Source of the DNA: Mytilus trossulus
Taxonomy: Eukaryota
NCBI RefSeq assembly: GCF_036588685.1
Contig: NC_086381.1
Span: 49,600,001-49,664,000, forward strand
DNA: 64,000 nt
Reading direction: 5' to 3'
The position numbers were made by a program, and so were the translations under genes. This document shows positions 13,905 to 27,977 of this stretch, piece after piece. Within the stretch, counting starts at the first letter, position 1. Each line of letters begins with the position of its first letter. The notes beneath the pieces are model-generated. The model saw only the letters and a program-made list of their open reading frames with translations. It ran no database searches and had not been told where the DNA came from.

Positions 13905-15600
13905 TGTAAAATAACTATAATCCGTAAACATTTCCATACGGAAAAGTCCCGGATGGGGTAGGGTGACCCTACCATCCCCCTTCTTTCCTTCATGAAATTT
14001 TCCCTACGGCAAAACTTATTTGCTCACAAGTTACAAATGATAGGCCCTTGTCCAAGGTTGCCTGGGGCCCCAAAAACTCAACTGGATGAAGTTACGGAAC
14101 TTTTTTTCAGTTTCAAAGTTGGGGTCGGGTGACACTACCATCCCCCTTATTTAATTCATAGCAAAGTCCCTACGGCAAAGCTTTTGTCAACACTAGGTAC
14201 ACTCGTTAGGCAATGCCTAAGCTTGGCTGGACCCAAAGATCCAGGTGGGTAAAGATACGGAACTTTTATTTAGGTCCAAAGTTGGGGTCAGGTGACACTA
14301 CCATCCCATTGATTTAATTCATAGCAAATTTCCTAAGGCAAAGGTTTTGTCCACACTAGGTACACTCGATAGGCAATTGCCTAAGCTTGCCTGGACCCAA
14401 AGATTCAGGTGGGTAAAGTTACGGAACTTTTTTTAAGTCCAAAGTTGGGGTCAGGTGACCCTTCCATCCCCCTGATTTAATTCATAGCAAATTTCCTAAG
14501 GCAAAGCTTTTGTCAACACTAGGTACACTCGATAGGCAATTGCCTAAGCTTGCCAGCACCCAAAGACCCATGTGGGTAAAGTTACGAAACGTTTTATTTT
14601 GAGGTTCAAAGTTGGGCTTGGGTGACCCTATCATCCCCCTTATTTAATTCATAGCAAAGTTCCTACGGCAAAGCTTTTCTCCACATTAGGTACACTAGAT
14701 AGGCAATTGTCTAAGCTTGCCTGACCCCAAAGACGCAGGTTGGTAAAGTTATGGAATATTTTTTTGGGTCCAAAGTTGGGGTCGGGTGACCCTACCACCC
14801 CCTTATTTAATTTATAGCAAAGTCCCCACGGCAACGCTTTTGTCCACACTAGATGCACTCGATAGCCAATTGCCTAAGCTTGCCTAGACCCAAAGACCCA
14901 GGTGGGTAAAGATACGAAACTTTTTATTTTGAGGTTCAAAGTTGAGCTTCGGTGACCCTACCCTTATTTAATTCATAGCAAAGTCCCTACATCAAAGCTT
15001 TTGTCCATACTTGTCTAGGTACACTATATAGGCAATTGCCTGAACGCAGGTTGGAAGAGTTACGGAACTTTTTTTAGGTCTTTTTTAGGTTTTTAGGCAA
15101 GTGTCTATCATTTGTCAGCTTTGCCGTAGGGAGAATTTTATGAACGAAAGAAGGGGGATGGTAGGATCACCCTACCCCAACTTTGGACCTAAAAAAAAAG
15201 TTCCGTAACTTTACCCACCTGGGTATTTGGGCCCAGGCAACCTTAGGCAAGTGCCTATAATTTGTATCTAGTGGGCAAAAAAGCTTTGCCGTAGGGAAAA
15301 TTTTATGAACGAAAAAAGGGGGATGGTAGGGTCACCCTACCCCAACTTTGGACCTCAAAAAAAAAGTTCCGTAACTTTACTCACCTGAGTATTTGGCCCC
15401 AGACAACCTTAGGCAAGTACCTATCATTTGTATCTAGTGGGCAAAAAAGCTTTGCCGTAGGGAAAATTTTATAAACGAAAGAAGGGGGATGGTAGGGTCA
15501 CCCTACCCTAGCTTTGGACCTAAAAAAAAGTTCCGTAACTTTACCCGCATGGGTATTTGGACCCAGGCAACCTTAGGCAAGTGCCTATCATTTGTATCTT
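13905..15600. repeat. ~164-bp satellite in two head-to-head arrays (about 7 forward units, about 3 reverse units)
   Basis: aaagttggggtc at 14115, 14278, 14441, 14608, 14772 and 14938. The reverse complement (aactttggacc) recurs at ~15179, 15344 and 15510. Confidence 0.9.
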
Positions 15601-15601
15601 A

Positions 15602-18600
15602 AGTTTTCAATGATGTGCCATGTGTACTATTGTTTGCTCGTTTGTTCTTGTTTATTTTTAGGCATGTCTTTGTCCGTTTATTTTCGATGTATGAGTTTAA
15701 CCTTCCCTCTGGTATCGTTCGTCCCTCTTTTAAGGTGAAGGTTTCTCAAACATTTGCTTGAGATCCACAGCTTGTCTCAAATGCATTTGAATGAATAAGG
15801 GCACAGCTTTGCTTGTCAGAATATGGTTCTATTTTTATCTACTGTATTGAGTAATTGTACAGCTTCTTATTCATCTGAACAAGGTCTAAATATAGTGTGA
15901 TTATGTTGTATTTAGTGGTACCTAAAAAGAATGAACTTAATCTTATGTTAATTTAATGTACCTAGTGTAATGTTTTTAAGTGAGAACTTAGTGCTATGCT
16001 ATAATAATGTACGTTTCATTGAGTAACTGTACAGGTTTTTTTATTCATCTGTAAGAGTACTAAAACTAAAAAAGTCAGAATGTGTCTTATGCTATGTTAT
16101 AAATATGAACTTAGCGCTATGCTATAAGATATATCTTGCGAAATCTTTAACGAAATAAGTAAGAATACACCTTCTCAGACATAAGATTGAGAAAGGATAC
16201 AACATATGTGTCTGTATGGCTTAGGGTGCAGCTTTCTCAAACATCTGCCAGAGATCCCAAGCTTGTCTCAAATGCATCTGAATGAGTAAGGGCACAGCTT
16301 TGCAAACATATCAGAATATGGTTCCAGTCTAATCTACAGTTTATTGAGTAATTGTACAGCTTCTCATTCGTCCGATTAAGGTTAAAATGCTATGTTATCA
16401 TATGATTTCTAGTGGTACCTAACAAGATTGTACTTACTCTTTGAATATAATAATCTACATTGTATTATGTTTTCAGTAAGAACTTAGTGCTATGCTATAA
16501 GAACGTACGTTTGGATGAGTACATGTACAGTTTTTCATTCATCTGATTGAGTACTTAAGATAAAAAGTTCAAAATGTGTATTGTCCTGTGTTATGTTATA
16601 ATAATGTACTTAGTGCTACGCTATACGAATGCATCTTGCAAAATCTTTAACGCAAAAAGTAAGAACACACCTTCTAAAACATAAAATTGAGAAAGGATAC
16701 ACCAATTGTGCCTGTTTGACCAATTCTGAGTAGCAACATTGCACCAGCACGTGCACACGGTGTGTATATCTCCTAAATGATACGATATTCCCGTGCTTGC
16801 ATTTCCTATCATGATTTTCTTGATAGAGGGTTATTATTCACAATGAAGCTATTAAATCAAGAGTTCGAAATGGTGAAGTTAAAATCATCTCGTAGTAAAT
16901 TTTACGAACGCCATCACGAGTTGGTTAACCGTTATGGAATAACCGTTTGACAAATGATATCGGATATGTTCCTTACGTCGTAAATACAATCCCCTTCCCT
17001 TTCATAAATGTGACCTACCGAATTATACTATTTACCCGATTTGTTATATCATAAGCAACACGACGAGTGCCACATGTGGAGCAGGATCTGGTTACCCTTG
17101 TGGAGCACCTGAGATCATCCTTAGTTTCTGGTGGGGTTCGTGTTGTTTATCTTTAGTTTTCAATGATGTGCCATGTGTACTATTGTTTGTTCGTTTGTCC
17201 TTTTTATTTTTAGGCATGTCTTTGTCCGTTTATTTTCGATGTATGAGTTTAACTTTCCCTCTGGTATCGTTCGTCCCTCTTTTAAGGTGAAGGTTTCTCA
17301 AACATCTGATTAAGATCCACAGTTTTTCTCAAATGCATTTGAATAAGTAAGGGCACAGCTTTGCAAGTTAGAATATAGTTCCAGTCTTTATCTACGGTAT
17401 TGAGTAATTGTACAGCTTCTTATTCATCTGAACAATATAAAAAAGAAGAGGTGGTATGCTTGCCAATGAGACAACTATCCACAAAAGACCAAAATGATAC
17501 AAACATTAACAATTATAGGTCACCGTACGGCCTTCAACAATGAGCAAAGCCCATACCGCATTTAGTCAGCTATAAAAGGTCTAAATATAATGTGATTATG
17601 TTGTATTTAGTGGTACCTAATTACAGGAATGTACGTAATCTTATGTTAATATAATGTACCTAGTGTTATGTTTTAAGTGAGAACTTAGTGCTATGCTATA
17701 ATAATGTACGTTTCATTGAGTAACTGTACAGGGTTTTTTTATCATCTGTCTGAGTACTTAAACTAAAAAGGTCAGAATGTGTCTTATGTTATGTTATAAA
17801 TATGAACTTAGTGCTATGCTATAAGAATGTATCTTGCGAAATCTTTAACGACATAAGTAAGAATACACCTTCTCAGACATAAGATTGAGAAAGGATACAA
17901 CATATGTGTCTGTATGGCTTAGGGTGCAGCTTTCTCAAACATCTGCCAGAGATCCCAAGCTTGTCTCAAATGCATCTGAATGAGTAAGGGCACAGCTTTG
18001 CAAACATATCAGAATATGGTTCCAGTCTAATCTACCGTTTATTGAGTAATTGTACAGCTTCTCATTCGTCCGATTAAGGTTAAAATGCTATGTTATCATA
18101 TGATTTCTAGTGGTACCTAACAAGATTGTACTTAATCTTTGAATATAATAACGTACATTGTATTATGTTTTCAGTAAGAACTTAGTGCTATGCTATAAGA
18201 ACGTACGTTTGAATGAGTACGTGTACAGTTTTTCATTCATCTGATTGAGTACTTAAGATAAAAAGTTCAAAATGTGTATTGTCCAGTGTTATGTTATAAG
18301 AATGTACTTAGTGCTATGCTATACGAATGTATCTTGCAAAATCTTTAACGCAAAAAGTAAGAACACACCTTCTGAAACCTAAGATTGAGAAAGGATACAC
18401 CAAATGTGCCTGTTTGACCAATTCTGAGTAGCAACATTGCACCAGCACGTGAACACGGTGTGTATATCTCCTAAATGATACGATATTCCCGTGCTTGCAT
18501 TTCCTATCATGATTTTCTTGATAGAGGGTTGTTATTCACAATGAAGCTATTAAATCAAGAGTTCGAAATGGTGAAGTTAAAATCATCTCTAAGTAAATTT

Positions 18601-21600
18601 TACGAACGCCATCACGAGTTGGTTAACCGTTATGGAATAACCGTTTGACAAATGATATCGGATATGTTCCTTACGTCGTAAATACAATCCCCTTCCCTTT
18701 CATAAATGTGACCTACCGAATTATACTATTTACCCGATTTGTTATATCATAAGCAACACGACGAGTGCCACATGTGGGGCAGGATCTGCTTACCCTTGTG
18801 GAGCACCTGAGATCATCCTTAGTTTCTGGTGGGGTTCGTTTTGTTTATTCTTTAGTTTTCAATGATGTGCCATGTGTACTATTGTTTGTTCGTTTGTCCT
18901 TTTTATTTTTAGGCATGTCTTTGTCCGTTTATTTTCGAAGTATGAGTTTAACTTTCCCTCTGGTATCGTTCGTCCCTCTTTTAAGGTGAAGGTTTCTCAA
19001 ACATCTGATTGAGATCCACAGTTTTTCTCAAATGCATTTGAATAAGTAAGGGCACAGCTTTGCAAGTTAGAATATAGTTCCAGTCTTTATCTACGGTATT
19101 GAGTAATTGTACAGCTTCTTATTCATCTGAACAATATAAAAAAGAAGAGGTGGTATGCTTGCCAATGAGACAACTATCCACAAAGACCAAAATGATACAA
19201 ACATTAACAATTATAGGTCACCGTACGGCCTTCAACAATGATCAAAGCCCATACCGCATTTAGTCAGCTATAAAAGGTCTAAATATAATGTGATTATGTT
19301 GTATTTAGTGGTACCTAATTACAGGAATGTACGTAATCTTATGTTAATATAATGTACCTAGTGTTATGTTTTAAGTGAGAACTTAGTGCTATGCTATAAT
19401 AATGTACGTTTCATTGAGTAACTGTACAGGTTTTTTTTATTCATCTGTCTGAGTACTTAAACTAAAAAGGTCAGAATGTGTCTTATGTTATGTTATAAAT
19501 ATGAACGTAGTGCTATGCTATAAGAATGTATCTTGCGAAATCTTTAACGAAATAAGTAAGAATACACCTTCTCAGACATAAGATTGAGAAAGGATACAAC
19601 ATATGTGTCTGTATGGCTTAGGGTGCAGCTTTCTCAAACATCTGCCAGAGATCCCAAGCTTGTCTCAAATTCATCTGAATGAGTAAGGGCACAGCTTTGC
19701 AAACATATCAGAATATGGTTCCAGTCTAATCTACCGTTTATTGAGTAATTGTACAGCTTCTCATTCGTCCGATTAAGGTTAAAATGCTATGTTATCATAT
19801 GATTTCTAGTGGTACCTAACAAGATTGTACTTACTCTTTGAATATAATAACGTACATTGTATTATTTTTTTAGTAAGAACTTAGTGCTATGCTATAAGAA
19901 CGTACGTTTGAATGAGTACGTGTACAGTTTTTCATTCATCTGATTGAGTACTTAAGATAAAAAGTTCAAAATGTGTATTGTCCTGTGTTATGTTATAAGA
20001 ATGTACTTAGTGCTATGCAATACGAATGTATCTTGCAAAATCTTTAACGCAAAAAGTAAGAACACACCTTCTTAAACATAAGATTGAGAAAGGATACACC
20101 AAATGGGCCTGTTTGACCAATTCTGAGTAGCAACATTGCACCAGCACGTGCACACGGTGTGTATATCTCCTAAATGATACGATATTCCCGTGCTTGCATT
20201 TCCTATCATGATTTTCTTGATAGAGGGTTGTTATTCACAATGAAGCTATTAAATCAAGAGTTCTAAATGGTGAAGTTAAAATCATCTCTTAGCAATTTTT
20301 ACGAACGCCATCACGAGTTGGTTAACCGTTATGGAATAACCGTTTGACAAAAGATATCGGATATGTTCCTTACGTCATAAATACAATCCCCTTCCCTTTC
20401 ATAAATGTGACCTACCGAATTATACTATTTACCCGATTTGTTATATCATAAGCAACACGACGAGTGCCACATGTGGAACAGGATCTGCTTACCCTTGTGG
20501 AGCACCTGAGATCATCCTTAGTTTCTGGTGGGGTTCGTGTTGTTTATTCTTTAGTTTTCAATGATGTACCATGTGTACTATTGTTTGTTCGTTTGTCCTT
20601 TTTTTCAGGCTTGTCTTTGTCCGTTTATTTTCGATGTATGAGTTTAACTTTCCCTCTGGTATCGTTCGTCCCTCTTTTAATGTGAAGGTTTCTCAAACAT
20701 CTGATTGAGATCCACAGTTTTTCTCAAATGCATTTGAATAAGTAAGGGCACAGCTTTGCAAGTTAGAATATAGTTCCAGTCTTTATCTACGGTATTGAGT
20801 AATTGTACAGCTTCTTATTCATCTGAACAATATAAAAAAGAAGAGGTGGTATGCTTGCCAATGAGACAACTATCCACAAAGACCAAAATGATACAAACAT
20901 TAACAATTATAGGTCACCGTACGGCCTTCAACAATGATCAAAGCCCATACCGCATTTAGTCAGCTATAAAAGGTCTAAATATAATGTGATTATGTTGTAT
21001 TTAGTGGTACCTAATTACAGGAATGTACGTAATCTTTTGTTAATATCATGTACCTAGTGTTATGTTTCAAGTGAGAACTTAGTGCTATGCTATAATAATG
21101 TACGTTTCATTGAGTAACTGTACAGGGTTTTTTTATTCATCTGTCTGAGTACTAAAACTAAAAAGGTCAGAATGTGTCTTATGTTATGTTATAAATATGA
21201 ACGTAGTGCTATGCTATAAGAATGTATCTTGCGAAATCTTTAACGAAATAAGTAAGAATACACCTTCTCAGACATAAGATTGAGAAAGGATACAACATAT
21301 GTGTCTGTATGGCTTAGGGTGCAGCTTTCTCAAACATCTGCCAGAGATCCCAAGCTTGTCTCAAATGCATCTGAATGAGTAAGGGCACAGCTTTGCAAAC
21401 ATATCAGAATATGGTTCCAGTCTAATCTACCGTTTATTGAGTAATTGTACAGCTTCTCATTCGTCCGATTAAGGTTAAAATGCTATGTTATCATATGATT
21501 TCTAGTGGTACCTAACAAGATTGTACTTAATCTTTGAATATAATAACGTACATTGTATTATGTTTTCAGTAAGAACTTAGTGCTATGCTATAAGAACGTA

Positions 21601-24600
21601 CGTTTGAATGAGTACGTGTACAGTTTTTCATTCATCTGATTGAGTACTTAAGATAAAAAGTTCAAAATGTGTATTGTCCAGTGTTATGTTATAAGAATGT
21701 ACTTAGTGCTATGCTATACGAATGTATCTTGCAAAATCTTTAACGCAAAAAGTAAGAACACACCTTCTGAAACATAAGATTGAGAAAGGATACACCAAAT
21801 GTGCCTGTTTGACCAATTCTGAGTAGCAACATTGCACCAGCACGTGAACACGGTGTGTATATCTCCTAAATGATACGATATTCCCGTGCTTGCATTTCCT
21901 ATCATGATTTTCTTGATAGAGGGTTGTTATTCACAATGAAGCTATTAAATCAAGAGTTCGAAATGGTGAAGTTAAAATCATCTCTAAGTAAATTTTACGA
22001 ACGCCATCACGAGTTGGTTAACCGTTATGGAATAACCGTTTGACAAATGATATCGGATATGTTCCTTACGTCGTAAATACAATCCCCTTCCCTTTCATAA
22101 ATGTGACCTACCGAATTATACTATTTACCCGATTTGTTATATCATAAGCAACACGACGAGTGCCACATGTGGGGCAGGATCTGCTTACCCTTGTGGAGCA
22201 CCTGAGATCATCCTTAGTTTCTGGTGGGGTTCGTTTTGTTTTTTCTTTAGTTTTCAATGATGTGCCATGTGTACTATTGTTTGTTCGTTTGTCCTTTTTA
22301 TTTTTAGGCATGTCTTTGTCCGTTTATTTTCGAAGTATGAGTTTAACTTTCCCTCTGGTATCGTTCGTCCCTCTTTTAAGGTGAAGGTTTCTCAAACATC
22401 TGATTGAGATCCACAGTTTTTCTCAAATGCATTTGAATAAGTAAGGGCACAGCTTTGCAAGTTAGAATATAGTTCCAGTCTTTATCTACGGTATTGAGTA
22501 ATTGTACAGCTTCTTATTCATCTGAACAATATAAAAAAGAAGAGGTGGTATGCTTGCCAATGAGACAACTATCCACAAAGACCAAAATGATACAAACATT
22601 AACAATTATAGGTCACCGTACGGCCTTCAACAATGATCAAAGCCCATACCGCATTTAGTCAGCTATAAAAGGTCTAAATATAATGTGATTATGTTGTATT
22701 TAGTGGTACCTAATTACAGGAATGTACGTAATCTTTTGTTAATATCATGTACCTAGTGTTATGTTTCAAGTGAGAACTTAGTGCTATGCTATAATAATGT
22801 ACGTTTCATTGAGTAACTGTACAGGGTTTTTTTATTCATCTGTCTGAGTACTAAAACTAAAAAGGTCAGAATGTGTCTTATGTTATGTTATAAATATGAA
22901 CGTAGTGCTATGCTATAAGAATGTATCTTGCGAAATCTTTAACGAAATAAGTAAGAATACACCTTCTCAGACATAAGATTGAGAAAGGATACAACATATG
23001 TGTCTGTATGGCTTAGGGTGCAGCTTTCTCAAACATCTGCCAGAGATCCCAAGCTTGTCTCAAATGCATCTGAATGAGTAAGGGCACAGCTTTGCAAACA
23101 TATCAGAATATGGTTCCAGTCTAATCTACCGTTTATTGAGTAATTGTACAGCTTCTCATTCGTCCGATTAAGGTTAAAATGCTATGTTATCATATGATTT
23201 CTAGTGGTACCTAACAAGATTGTACTTAATCTTTGAATATAATAACGTACATTGTATTATGTTTTCAGTAAGAACTTAGTGCTATGCTATAAGAACGTAC
23301 GTTTGAATGAGTACGTGTACAGTTTTTCATTCATCTGATTGAGTACTTAAGATAAAAAGTTCAAAATGTGTATTGTCCTGTGTTATGTTATAAGAATGTA
23401 CTTAGTGCTATGCAATACGAATGTATCTTGCAAAATCTTTAACGCAAAAAGTAAGAACACACCTTCTTAAACATAAGATTGAGAAAGGATACACCAAATG
23501 GGCCTGTTTGACCAATTCTGAGTAGCAACATTGCACCAGCACGTGCACACGGTGTGTATATCTCCTAAATGATACGATATTCCCGTGCTTGCATTTCCTA
23601 TCATGATTTTCTTGATAGAGGGTTGTTATTCACAATGAAGCTATTAAATCAAGAGTTCTAAATGGTGAAGTTAAAATCATCTCTTAGCAATTTTTACGAA
23701 CGCCATCACGAGTTGGTTAACCGTTATGGAATAACCGTTTGACAAAAGATATCGGATATGTTCCTTACGTCATAAATACAATCCCCTTCCCTTTCATAAA
23801 TGTGACCTACCGAATTATACTATTTACCCGATTTGTTATATCATAAGCAACACGACGAGTGCCACATGTGGAACAGGATCTGCTTACCCTTGTGGAGCAC
23901 CTGAGATCATCCTTAGTTTCTGGTGGGGTTCGTGTTGTTTATTCTTTAGTTTTCAATGATGTGCCATGTGTACTATTGTTTGTTCGTTTGTCCTTTTTTT
24001 CAGGCTTGTCTTTGTCCGTTTATTTTCGATGTATGAGTTTAACTTTCCCTCTGGTATCGTTCGTCCCTCTTTTAATGTGAAGGTTTCTCAAACATCTGAT
24101 TGAGATCCACAGTTTTTCTCAAATGCATTTGAATAAGTAAGGGCACAGCTTTGCAAGTTAGAATATAGTTCCAGTCTTTATCTACGGTATTGAGTAATTG
24201 TACAGCTTCTTATTCATCTGAACAATATAAAAAAGAAGAGGTGGTATGCTTGCCAATGAGACAACTATCCACAAAGACCAAAATGATACAAACATTAACA
24301 ATTATAGGTCACCGTACGGCCTTCAACAATGATCAAAGCCCATACCGCATTTAGTCAGCTATAAAAGGTCTAAATATAATGTGATTATGTTGTATTAAGT
24401 GGTACCTAATTACAGGAATGTACGTAATCTTTTGTTAATATCATGTACCTAGTGTTATGTTTCAAGTGAGAACTTAGTGCTATGCTATAATAATGTACGT
24501 TTCATTGAGTAACTGTACAGGGGTTTTTTATTCATCTGTCTGAGTACTTAAACTAAAAAGGTCAGAATGTGTCTTATGTTATGTTATAAATATGAACGTA

Positions 24601-26890
24601 GTGCTATGCTATAAGAATGTATCTTGCGAAATCTTTAACGAAATAAGTAAGAATACACCTTCTCAGACATAAGATTGAGAAAGGATACAACATATGTGTC
24701 TGTATGGCTTAGGGTGCAGCTTTCTCAAACATCTGCCAGAGATCCCAAGCTTGTCTCAAATTCATCTGAATGAGTAAGGGCACAGCTTTGCAAACATATC
24801 AGAATATGGTTCCAGTCTAATCTACCGTTTATTGAGTAATTGTACAGCTTCTCATTCGTCCGATTAAGGTTAAAATGCTATGTTATCATATGATTTCTAG
24901 TGGTACCTAACAAGATTGTACTCAATCTTTGAATATAATAATGTACATTGTATTATGTTTTCAGTAAGAACTTAGTGCTATGCTATAAGAACGTACGTTT
25001 GAATGAGTACGTGTACAGTTTTTCATCCATCTGATTTAGTACTTAAGATAAAAAGTTCAAAATGTGTATTGTCCTGTGTTTTGTTATAAGAATGTACTTA
25101 GTGCTATGCAATACGAATGTATCTTGCAAAATCTTTAACGCAAAAAGTAAGAACACACCTTCTGAAACATAAGATTGAGAAAGGATACACCAAATGTGCC
25201 TGTTTGACCAATTCTTAGTAGCAACATTGCACCAGCACGTGCACACGGTGTGTATATCTCCTAAATGATACGATATTCCGGTGCTTGCATTTCCTATCAT
25301 GATTTTCTTGATAGAGGGTTGTTATTCACAATGAAGCTATTAAATCAAGAGTTCAAAATGGTGAAGTTAAAATTAAATCTCAAAGTAAATTTTAAGAACG
25401 CCATCACGAGTAGGTTGACCGTTATGGAATAACCGTTTGACAAATAATATCGGATATGTTCCTTACGTCGGAAATACAATCCCCTTTCATAAATGTGACC
25501 TACCGAATTATACTATTTATCCGATATGTTATATCATAAACAACACGACGAGAGCCACATGTGGAGCAGGATCTGCTTACCCTTGTGGAGCACATGAGAT
25601 CACCCTCAGTTTTTGATGGGGTTCGTGTTGTTTATTCTTAAGTTTCCAATGATATGCCATGTGTACTATTGTTTGTTCGTTTGTCCTTTTTATTTTTAGG
25701 CATGTCTTTGTCCGTTTATTTTCGATGTATGTGAGTTTAACTTTCCCTATGGTATCGTGCATCCCTCTTTTAAGGTGAAGGTTTCTCAAACATCTGGTTG
25801 AGATCCACAGCTTGTCTCAAATGCATTTAAATGAGTAAGGGCACAGCTTTGCTTGTCAGAATATGGTTGTATTCTTATCTACTGTATTGAGTAATTGTAC
25901 AGCTTCTTATTCATCTGAACAAGGTCTAAATATAATGTGATCATGTTGTATCTAGTGGTACCTAACAAGAATGTACTTAATCTCATGTTAATATAATGTA
26001 CCTAGTGTTATGTTTTAAGTGAAAACTTTAATAGTGCTTTGCTATAATAATGTACGTTTCATTGAGTAATTGTACAGGTTTTTTTTATTCATCTGTCTGA
26101 GTACTAAAACTTTAAAGTTCAGAATGTGTCGTATGCTAAGTTATAAATATGAACTTAGTGCTATGCTATAAGAATGCATCTTTCGAAATCTTTAACGAAA
26201 TAAGTAAGAATAACCCTTCTCAGACATAAGATTGAAATCTACTAGAATGTACTTAATCTTTGAATTAATAATGTACATTGTATTATGTTTATAGTAAGAA
26301 CTTAGTGCTATTCTATACGAATGAGTACGTGTGCAGTTTTTTATTCATCTGATTGAGTACTAAAGTTTAAAAGTTCAGAATGTGTCTTGTTCTGTGTTAT
26401 GTTATAATAATGTACTTACTACTATGCTATACGAATGTATCTTGCAAAATCTTTAACGATATGTGTCTGTTTGACCAATTCTGCGTAGCAACATTTCAAC
26501 AGCACCTGCATACGATGTGTATATCTCCCAATTGATACGATATTCCCGTGCTTGCATGTCCCATCATGATTTTCTTGATAGAGGGTTGTTATTCACAATG
26601 AAGCAATGAAATCAAGAGTTCAAAATAGTGAAGTTGAAATCATCTTTTAGTTAATTTTACGAAAGCCATCACCAGTTGGTTAACCGTTATGGAATAACCG
26701 TTTGACAAATGATATCGGATATGTTCCTTACGTCGTAAATACAATCCCCTTTCCCTTTCATAAATGTGACATACCGAATTATACTATTTATCGGATTTAA
26801 TATCTCATAAGCAACGTTAACACGACGGATTCAACATGTGGAGCAGGATCTGCTTACCCTTCTGGAGCACATGAGATTACCCGTAGATTT
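15602..26890. repeat. Macrosatellite/tandem segmental array, ~1.7-kb unit, ~7 copies
   Basis: agttttcaatgatg recurs at 15602, 17155, 18854, 20553, 22249, 23948 and 25641; the internal units are nearly identical. Confidence 0.95.
16718..17285 (+). mobile_element. Penelope-like retroelement RT C-terminal/3' fragment, present in every 1.7-kb unit
   Basis: Degenerate frame LSSNIAPARAHGVYIS*MIRYSRACISYHDFLDRGLLFTMKLLNQEFEMVKLKSS..KFYERHHELVNRYGI, followed by the ggagcaggatctgcttaccct..gagcacctgag tail. Confidence 0.65.
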
Positions 26891-27239
26891 TGCCCCTGCG
26901 CCCTTTTTGCTTGGACGTTCTTTTGGAAAAATGATTAATCTTACTTGATTTCGTGAACTTTTCCATTTCCCGTGTATTTATTTTTATGCGACAATTCTTT
27001 ACTTATAAAGATATTGTCGCTGGTATTTAATGAATATGTCAAAGTCATGTTATACGCTATGGCGGAGTTGACCAGTATGTAAAATAAAACGTCACTCAGT
27101 CATTTTGAAATTCAAATTACAGTAACACATTGCTTAGGCTACGAATGACAACCATGATACCAACATGAACAAAACGACGCAGAATTGAGCAAGAACGTAG
27201 TGACTTTTTTTTCACAATTCAACCAAACAGAAAGTAATA

Positions 27240-27977
27240 CTGTGAAAGTACTTTTATTCGTGGGGAATCAATTTTTCAACTGTATCCAAGAATTTAAGTG
27301 TCCAACGAAATAAAACAACCATTGTCCAAATCCAGACATGGCAATATCCCCATCAGTAGTGAGAGCGAGAATATAGTGAATAACGACAAATCGCGTGAAT
27401 ACTTAAATAGCAGTCACAGATCTACAATTGCATGGCGGATTATGCCCATTTAATCTTTAATAACCTCAACTGTACAATTTTTGATTTTTCAATTCTCATA
27501 AAAAATAATTTTATCGATGAATGTCAGATTTCCGGTACTGATATGCTAGTATGATAAAGTGTTCATTTTATATCCTCATAGTTCTCGTACATGTGGGAAA
27601 TAATTATTTCATGCTGGGCTTGATTTTGATAAGAATTATTTGATAATTCAAGATACGTTTATAGCATTTGTTTAAGTTACTGATTTCTTTATGTGACATG
27701 TTTATGACCTATTTAACACATTTTATGGTTTTTAATCTGTTGATCACTTTATCTTGGGTTAATAAGTGTTGTCACTACGAACTACATAAGTCAATGTTTA
27801 CTTTGCAATTTCCTTCATTCCAAACTATTTGTAAACTTGTCTAAAGGCTTAAATTTTTCAAATATTTTTTTTTGTACACATAACTTAAATCCACGAATTT
27901 AAAAACCCACGAACATGTAAATATTGCTCAAACCACGAAAATTGATACCGGTCCCATGAAATAAAGTACTTTCACAG
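27240..27977. mobile_element. MITE, Tc1/mariner-like (TA target)
   Basis: TIRs ctgtgaaagtactttt.ttc.tggg / cccatgaaataaagtactttcacag, with TA on the left flank. Confidence 0.75.

Noticed and set aside
16621-25789. Repeated 63-85-aa ORFs (MPHVGQD..., MIGNAST...)
   Set aside because: Off-frame or antisense readings of a decayed retroelement fragment within the tandem array.
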